A stretch of DNA of 64,000 nt from Escherichia phage AV112: the sequence record OR352942.1; one strand, 5' to 3'. Below, one piece after another: positions 57,706 to 64,000 of the stretch; the stretch's first letter is position 1; every line of letters starts with the position of its first letter. The notes under the pieces are model-generated. The model saw only the letters and a program-made list of their open reading frames with translations. It did no database searches and was not told where the DNA came from. The translations under genes and the position numbers were made by a program.

Positions 57706-58364
57706 TGACTGTACTTAATACAAAGGCGGGAGTTATTTCCCGTCATGCTGATTTTTTGAATTACAGAAAAAATCCAGCTCAAATTGATGTTTTAAACAAC
57801 CAAGCTGTAGGTTCCGTGACTATTTCTCAGTTAGCTCGCGGTTTTTATGATGCCAACGTAGAATCTGCAATAAATGATGTCCATAATATGGCACGAGCTG
57901 ATATTGGTACTGTTGTCACAAACACTTCAGGCGTATCGCCTGAAGGTGCAGCACAAGTTGATTATTGGACTTTTTCCGGTGATGTTCTCGACGATACTTT
58001 GGACACTGGAACGCCAGTCGTTATTAACGTATTTGGACTTGCCGTTAAAGCAACAATCGGTATGACTGATAACGAATTAACGGCACAAGTTCGTATAGCT
58101 TTACAAGAAGCCATTGCTAATCAAATCGCTATTTCTTCTTATAAAGACCATCCGTCCGAAGGTAATAAACTTCAGGTGACATATTTAGATAACCAACGTC
58201 ATGTGTTGCCAACATATGCTTCGTTTGGTGTAACAATTTCGCAAGAAATTTTGTCTGAAGCAAAATCCGGATACGGAACATGGAATTTATTGGGTGCCCA
58301 AACGGTTACTCTTGATAACCATAGCACTCCTACCGTTTTCTACCACTTTGTGAGAGCCTCATGA
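57705..58364 (+). CDS. 11: gp11 baseplate wedge / short-tail-fibre connector
   Basis: From [18 protein letters not shown]..., matching T4 gp11 as recalled; start overlaps the gp10 stop. Confidence 0.9.
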   Translation: MTVLNTKAGVISRHADFLNYRKNPAQIDVLNNQAVGSVTISQLARGFYDANVESAINDVHNMARADIGTVVTNTSGVSPEGAAQVDYWTFSGDVLDDTLDTGTPVVINVFGLAVKATIGMTDNELTAQVRIALQEAIANQIAISSYKDHPSEGNKLQVTYLDNQRHVLPTYASFGVTISQEILSEAKSGYGTWNLLGAQTVTLDNHSTPTVFYHFVRAS

Positions 58365-59944
58365 GTAATAACAATACATACCAACACGTTTCAAACAAAT
58401 CCATTTACGTTGAATTCGACCCCGTAGGGTCGAATTTTCCAGATACAGTCACTAATGTCCAAGCCGCATTAGCTGCTATTTCTCCTTCAGGTGTTAATGG
58501 CGTACCGGAAGCAACAACTACTACACCAGGAATTATTCAAATAGCTACTCCACAAGAAGTTATTGATGGATTAGATAATAGTAAAGCTGTTACTCCGGCA
58601 ACACTGAATGCTCGTCTACAATATCCTAATGCAACCGAAACTCAATACGGCTTAACTCGTTATGCTACTGAAGATGAAGCAGTAACCGGAGCTATTGACG
58701 ATGCATCAATTACTCCGCTTAAATTGAATCAAAAAATAGACAATGTATTTCAGACAAAAGTGTCAACAGAAGCAACAAATGGTGTAATTAAAATTTCAAC
58801 TTCTGCCGCGGCATTAGCTGGTTCTGACGATACAACGGCAATGACTCCGTTAAAAACGCAACAATTAGCAATTAAACTTATTTCGCAAATTGCTCCAAAT
58901 AATAGTGACGCCACCGAATCTATTACAGGTGTTGTTCGTTTGGCTACAGTTGCTCAAGCACAGCAAGGCACCCTGCGTGAAGGATATGCAATTTCACCTT
59001 ATACCTTTATGAATTCAGTAGCGTCAGAAACTAATAAAGGTGTCGTTAAACTAGGGACACAGACTGAAGTAAATAGTAACAACTCTTCAGTTGTAGTGAC
59101 CGGTGCAACATTAAACGGGCGTGGGGCTACAACTTCTTTACGTGGAGTTGTTCGTTTAACTACACAAGCTGGTAGTCAATCAGGTGGTGATGGTTCTTCT
59201 GCCCTTGCTTGGAATGCTGATGTTATCCACCAACGAGGTGGACAAACTATTAACGGCACGCTTCGCATTAATAATACGTTGACGGTTGGTTCTGGTGGAG
59301 CTAATATAACTGGTAATGTCAATATGACAGGTGGTTATATTCAAGGCAATCGTATTGTGACTCAAAATGAATTAGACCGAATTCTTCCAGTTGGCGCTAT
59401 TACAATGTGGGCTGCGGATAGTTTACCGAGTTCTGACTGGCGCTTCTGTCACGGTGGGACTGTTTCTGCTTCAGAATGTCCGGTATATGCTTCCAGAATT
59501 GGGACACGATATGGTGGTAGTTCTTCTAACCCGGGCTTGCCTGATATGCGTGGATTATTTGTTCGCGGCTCAGGTCGTGGTACCCATTTAACTAACCCTA
59601 ATGTTAATGGTAATGACCAATTCGGTAAGCCTCGTCTGGCGGTAGGTTGTACCGGTGGATATGTTGGTGAAGTGCAAAAACAACAGATGTCATATCATAA
59701 GCATGCTGGTGGTTTTGGCGAGCATGACGATTCCGGTGCATTTGGTAATACTCGTCGTTCAAACTTTGTTGGTACTCGTAAAGGACTTGACTGGGATAAC
59801 CGTTCGTATTTTACTAACGAGGGATATGAAATTGATCCAGCGTCTCAGCGTAACTCTAAATATACCATGAATCGTCCAGAATTAATTGGAAATGAAACTC
59901 GCCCATGGAATATTTCTTTAAACTATATCATTAAGGTAAAATAA
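58361..59944 (+). CDS. 12: gp12 short tail fibre
   Basis: 527 aa, same length as T4 gp12; N-terminal [11 protein letters not shown] and repetitive Thr/Gly-rich fibre sequence. Confidence 0.9.
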   Translation: MSNNNTYQHVSNKSIYVEFDPVGSNFPDTVTNVQAALAAISPSGVNGVPEATTTTPGIIQIATPQEVIDGLDNSKAVTPATLNARLQYPNATETQYGLTRYATEDEAVTGAIDDASITPLKLNQKIDNVFQTKVSTEATNGVIKISTSAAALAGSDDTTAMTPLKTQQLAIKLISQIAPNNSDATESITGVVRLATVAQAQQGTLREGYAISPYTFMNSVASETNKGVVKLGTQTEVNSNNSSVVVTGATLNGRGATTSLRGVVRLTTQAGSQSGGDGSSALAWNADVIHQRGGQTINGTLRINNTLTVGSGGANITGNVNMTGGYIQGNRIVTQNELDRILPVGAITMWAADSLPSSDWRFCHGGTVSASECPVYASRIGTRYGGSSSNPGLPDMRGLFVRGSGRGTHLTNPNVNGNDQFGKPRLAVGCTGGYVGEVQKQQMSYHKHAGGFGEHDDSGAFGNTRRSNFVGTRKGLDWDNRSYFTNEGYEIDPASQRNSKYTMNRPELIGNETRPWNISLNYIIKVK

Positions 59945-61392
59945 TGACTGATATAACTCTGGTAGATTTACCATATGTTGACGGCCCACCAGACGCGGGT
60001 CAGAGTCGTATTGAATGGATTAAAAACGATGAAGAAATAACAGGTGCTGACACAAAATACGGTTCTGAAGGTGTAATGAACCGTCCTATTGTTGAAGTTC
60101 AACGTAACGTAGAAGCGTTAGATGTTAATATTAAAACTATAGCATCTTCTCTGAATACAGCCAATGAAGATATCAAAGTTATTCAAGGTATTTTAGATGT
60201 TTCTGGGGATGTTGATGCTCTTGCACAGATAGGCCAGAACACCCAAGATATCGATGTCATTAAAGTCACAGTTCAAACCCATGCTAGTGAATTGAATGAT
60301 TTGAATGAACATATTGATGCGAATACTGATGATATTGGTGTTTATAATCAGGAAACAGATTCAGTTTATAGAACTGTTCGTAACGACCTGCTTTGGATTA
60401 AAAATGAATTAGGACAATATACGGGTCAAGATATTAACGGGGTTCCTACTCCAGGAAATGATAGCACCGGTATGAAACGCCGTATTATGACTAATAGCTC
60501 CGTGATTGTTGACCACGGTGTTCGATTAACTGATTTAGAAACTAAATTTGCTGATTCTGACGTCGGCTCTTTAACTAATGAAGTCGAACACTTACGCGAA
60601 GAAATGGGACCTCGCACTTCTTTCACTACTCCAGTATTTAGTCGTCTTTCCGGTATTGATTTAACTTTGTCGCGTCAAAATGCTGACTTAGATGGCATTA
60701 AACAGTCTATTGGGTATCCTAATACGACTTCTATTATCACTACCACTAATGCAAATAGTTCAGCAATAAACGACATTAATCTTGAGCTCAATCAATCGGG
60801 TGGTATTAAACCTCGTTTGACTACAGTAGAAACTGCCATCGGCACCGATGATTTGCCTACTACAATCCAAGGACGTATTAAACTCAATACTGATGCTATC
60901 GGAGCATTGAACACTGTTGTCGGCTCTGATTCTTCGTCAGGATTGCGTTTTAATGTGTCATGGTTAAATAACGTAGTTGGTGTTGACGCTTCAGGTGGGA
61001 AACCGGAACCAGACGGCTCTTTGCTTTATCGTACTCGAGTGCTTGAAGGATCTATCAGTGAGATGAGTAATGACATTCAGAACGTTCAAACTGATGTTGG
61101 GACTAATACCACAGGAATTAAGGGTTCTGTAAACACATTAAATACTCTTATAAACGGCACCAACCCAAATGGTTCGACTGTTGAAGAACGTGGTATATTG
61201 CCTACAGTTAAAAGTCATGATACGACAATTAATGGTTTAACTTCTAGAATTGCTACTCTTGAAACTGATTTGGCCGCTGCAGAAGCTGAAATCCAAACTC
61301 TTAAGGACGCTGGATATATTGAAGATGCTCCTTCAGACGGTAAATTCTATGTTCGCAAAGATGGTGCATGGGTTGAACTTCCTACAGCTTAA
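59944..61392 (+). CDS. wac: fibritin (whisker antigen control, Wac)
   Basis: 482 aa; long coiled-coil repeats and C-terminal foldon-like GYIEDAPSDGKFYVRKDGAWVELPTA. Confidence 0.9.
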   Translation: MTDITLVDLPYVDGPPDAGQSRIEWIKNDEEITGADTKYGSEGVMNRPIVEVQRNVEALDVNIKTIASSLNTANEDIKVIQGILDVSGDVDALAQIGQNTQDIDVIKVTVQTHASELNDLNEHIDANTDDIGVYNQETDSVYRTVRNDLLWIKNELGQYTGQDINGVPTPGNDSTGMKRRIMTNSSVIVDHGVRLTDLETKFADSDVGSLTNEVEHLREEMGPRTSFTTPVFSRLSGIDLTLSRQNADLDGIKQSIGYPNTTSIITTTNANSSAINDINLELNQSGGIKPRLTTVETAIGTDDLPTTIQGRIKLNTDAIGALNTVVGSDSSSGLRFNVSWLNNVVGVDASGGKPEPDGSLLYRTRVLEGSISEMSNDIQNVQTDVGTNTTGIKGSVNTLNTLINGTNPNGSTVEERGILPTVKSHDTTINGLTSRIATLETDLAAAEAEIQTLKDAGYIEDAPSDGKFYVRKDGAWVELPTA

Positions 61393-61398
61393 TGAAAA

Positions 61399-61412
61399 GG
61401 GCCTTCGGGCCC
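61399..61412 (+). terminator. hairpin GGGCC-UUCG-GGCCC after wac (weak U-tract)
   Basis: gggccttcgggccc immediately after the wac stop; followed by taaaggattt rather than a clean T-run. Confidence 0.4.
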
Positions 61413-61424
61413 TAAAGGATTTAT

Positions 61425-62351
61425 ATGTCAGGTTATAATGCACAAAACCCTAAAGAATTAAAGGACGTAATATTACGTCGTTTAGGCGCTCCTATTGTAA
61501 ATGTTGAATTAACTACAGATCAAATTTATGATTGTATTTCACGAGCGTTAGAACTTTATGGCGAATACCATTTTGACGGGTTGAATAAAGGTTTCCATGT
61601 ATTTTTTGTTGATGACGAAGAAAAATACCGTCACGGCGTATTTGATATGCGTGGTTCTAACGTATTTGCTGTAACAAGAATTATAAGAACAAACGTTGGC
61701 TCTATTACTTCAATGGACGGTAATGCAACTTATCCATGGTTCACTGATTTCCTTTTAGGAATGGCCGGTGTTTCAGGTGGTATGGGTAGTAATTGTGGTA
61801 AATTCTACGGCCCAAACGCTTTCGGCGCTGATCTCGGGTATTATTCTCAATTAGTATCTTATATGGGTATGCTTCAAGATATGATTGCTCCTCTTCCAGA
61901 TTTTTGGTTTAACTCTGCAAACGAGCAATTAAAAGTAATGGGTAACTTTAGACAGAAAGATGTAATTATCGTTGAATCGTATGTTCGCTCTTATATCGAG
62001 ACCCATAAGATGGTAGGAAATACAGTAGGGTACGGTCAAGTAGGTCCTCGTGATTCATGGTCTATTTCTGAACGTTATGATAATCCAGACCATAATTTGG
62101 TCGGACGTCGAGTTGGTGAAGATCCTGCAACTAAACAAGGCGCATATAACAACCGCTGGGTTAAAGATTATGCAACTGCATTAGCTAAAGAGCTTAATGG
62201 ACAAATTCTTGCTAAACATCAAGGTATGATGTTACCGGGTGGCGTCACTGTTGACGGTGTTCGATTAATTGAAGAAGCTCGTTTAGAGAAAGAAGCTTTA
62301 CGAGAAGAGTTATATTTACTGGACCCTCCTGCAGGTATTTTGGTAGGTTAA
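61425..62351 (+). CDS. 13: gp13 neck protein
   Basis: 308 aa (T4 gp13 about 309), position after wac. Confidence 0.85.
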   Translation: MSGYNAQNPKELKDVILRRLGAPIVNVELTTDQIYDCISRALELYGEYHFDGLNKGFHVFFVDDEEKYRHGVFDMRGSNVFAVTRIIRTNVGSITSMDGNATYPWFTDFLLGMAGVSGGMGSNCGKFYGPNAFGADLGYYSQLVSYMGMLQDMIAPLPDFWFNSANEQLKVMGNFRQKDVIIVESYVRSYIETHKMVGNTVGYGQVGPRDSWSISERYDNPDHNLVGRRVGEDPATKQGAYNNRWVKDYATALAKELNGQILAKHQGMMLPGGVTVDGVRLIEEARLEKEALREELYLLDPPAGILVG

Positions 62352-62352
62352 T

Positions 62353-63117
62353 ATGGCAACTTATGATAAAAATCTTTTCGCCAAACTAGAAAATCGTGGT
62401 GGGTATTCTCAGACAAATGAGACCGAAATCCTCAATCCATTTGTCAATTTTAATAACTATGAGAATAGTCAGACATTAGCTGATGTTCTAGTGGCAGAAA
62501 GCATACAGATGCGCGGTATTGAATGTTTTTATGTTCCACGTGAATATGTTGCTGTGGACCTTATCTTTGGTGAGGACCTTAAAAATAAATTTACTAAAGC
62601 ATGGAAATTTGCTGCATATCTGAACTCATTTGAAGGTTATGAAGGAGCGAAATCGTTCTTCAGCAACTTCGGAATGCAAGTTCAAGACGAAGTTACATTA
62701 TCTATTAACCCAGGTCTTTTCAAACACCAGGTCAACAATCAGGAGCCCAAGGAAGGTGATTTAATATACTTCCCAATGGACAACAGTTTGTTTGAGATTA
62801 ACTGGGTTGAACCATATGACCCATTCTATCAAGTAGGTAAAAATGCGATTCGTAAAATTACTGCAGGCAAGTTTATTTACTCTGGCGAAGAAATCAATCC
62901 GGTGCTTCAGAAAAATGAAGGTATCAATATACCTGAATTTAGTGACTTGGAACTTAACCCTGTTAGAAATCTTGACGGTATCCATGACATTAATATCGAT
63001 GAATATTCTGAAGTTGAGCAAATCAATTCAGAGGCAAGTGAATATGTTGAGCCGTACGTAGTAGTTAACAACCGTGGTAGACAAAATTCACCATTTGACG
63101 ATGGGTTTATGAATTAA
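62353..63117 (+). CDS. 14: gp14 neck protein
   Basis: 254 aa (T4 gp14 about 256). Confidence 0.85.
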   Translation: MATYDKNLFAKLENRGGYSQTNETEILNPFVNFNNYENSQTLADVLVAESIQMRGIECFYVPREYVAVDLIFGEDLKNKFTKAWKFAAYLNSFEGYEGAKSFFSNFGMQVQDEVTLSINPGLFKHQVNNQEPKEGDLIYFPMDNSLFEINWVEPYDPFYQVGKNAIRKITAGKFIYSGEEINPVLQKNEGINIPEFSDLELNPVRNLDGIHDINIDEYSEVEQINSEASEYVEPYVVVNNRGRQNSPFDDGFMN

Positions 63118-63166
63118 TAAATAGATAAGATAAAGCAAACACCGGTCGAAAGGCCGGTTAGGAGAA

Positions 63167-63991
63167 ATGATGTTTGGTTATTTTTACAACTCGTCGTTCA
63201 GGCGATATATCACAATGATGGGCGATTTGTTTTCAAATATCCAAGTTAACCGTCAATTGTCTACAGGCAATAAATTAATTAGAGTTCCTATTACGTATGC
63301 ATCTAAAGAGCACTTTATGATGAAACTTAATAAATGGACCTCTATAAACTCACAAGAAGATGTGGCTAAAGTCGAAACTATTCTACCACGTATAAATCTC
63401 CAAATGGTAGATTTCGTTTATAACCCAACGTTTAAAACGAATATATTGAATAACTCTCTTTTGAGTAAATCGACTAAGGATATTGTAGACCAATACAACC
63501 CATCACCAATTAAAATGATTTTTGAACTGAGCATCTTTACTCGTTATGAAGATGATATGTTCCAAATCGTTGAGCAAATTATTCCATATTTTCAGCCGCA
63601 TTTTAATACGACTATGATTGAGCAATATGGGCAGGATATTCCATTTGAAAGGGATATTAAAGTCGTATGGATGTCAGCAGCAATGGATGAACAAATAGAC
63701 GGCGATAATTTATCCCGTCGACGTTTAGAGTGGTCATTAACATTTGAAGTAAATGGATGGATGTATCCTCCGGTAGGCGCAGCAGAAGGCCTTATTAAAA
63801 CGACTTATCTTGATTTTCATGCTAATGAACGAGACCTTCAATCAGCCGCCAGCGTTTTTGAATCAGTTGATACAGAAATTAAACCGAGAGACGTTGAAGC
63901 ACAAGATTGGAATGGCGAAGTTGAACAAACTTATACTCATGATATTCCAATCCCGACTCCACCAACCCCTCCTGGTCCTAGAAAACAATAA
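63167..63991 (+). CDS. 15: gp15 tail sheath stabiliser / tail terminator
   Basis: 274 aa (T4 gp15 about 272), position after gene 14. Confidence 0.85.
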   Translation: MMFGYFYNSSFRRYITMMGDLFSNIQVNRQLSTGNKLIRVPITYASKEHFMMKLNKWTSINSQEDVAKVETILPRINLQMVDFVYNPTFKTNILNNSLLSKSTKDIVDQYNPSPIKMIFELSIFTRYEDDMFQIVEQIIPYFQPHFNTTMIEQYGQDIPFERDIKVVWMSAAMDEQIDGDNLSRRRLEWSLTFEVNGWMYPPVGAAEGLIKTTYLDFHANERDLQSAASVFESVDTEIKPRDVEAQDWNGEVEQTYTHDIPIPTPPTPPGPRKQ

Positions 63992-64000
63992 GAGGTAAAT

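Noticed and set aside
63118-63166. Late promoter upstream of gene 15
   Set aside because: The nearest match is taATAAATAg (7 of 8 to TATAAATA), followed by a hairpin (accgg...ccggt) before the ribosome-binding site; without an exact match I did not call a promoter.

Overview
This window is a contiguous segment of a T4-like (Tevenvirinae) myovirus genome, colinear with the phage T4 map from gene 45 to gene 15 but not T4 itself. Coordinates 1-45696 are minus-strand early/middle genes: 45 (truncated at the window edge), rpbA-like, 46, 47, 55, nrdH, nrdG, nrdD, 49, nrdC, rI, tk, regB, denV, e, nudE, a ten-gene tRNA array, 57B/acb1, 57A, 1, 3, 2, 4. Coordinates 45758-63991 are plus-strand late baseplate, tail-fibre and neck genes: 53, 5, 5.1, 5.4, 6, 7, 8, 9, 10, 11, 12, wac, 13, 14, 15. 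Between the conserved genes lie hyperplastic accessory regions of small early ORFs, many with their own sigma70-like early promoter embedded in an inverted repeat. All protein identifications come from reading the supplied translations against remembered T4 proteins and motifs; no database search was run. The most interesting signals are: (1) at least seven genes whose products start with the T4 capsid-targeting sequence MKTYQEFIAE, i.e. an expanded set of injected internal proteins; (2) two families defined only by a shared C-terminal tail (xFIKECR on otherwise unrelated proteins, mostly membrane proteins, and a tandem trio ending W-[VI]-x-S-S-x-x-C); (3) repeated promoter/stem-loop cassettes, including a 46-bp perfect direct repeat 30.6 kb apart; (4) candidate counter-defence enzymes: a macro domain protein, a minimal nucleotidyltransferase beside a P-loop ATPase, and the 2H phosphoesterase 57B/Acb1; (5) a GrcA-like glycyl-radical cofactor whose C-terminal half matches E. 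coli GrcA as I remember it; (6) two free-standing homing endonucleases; (7) a tRNA array with Tyr and Asn in addition to the eight T4 species. No CRISPR array, integrase or rRNA was seen.
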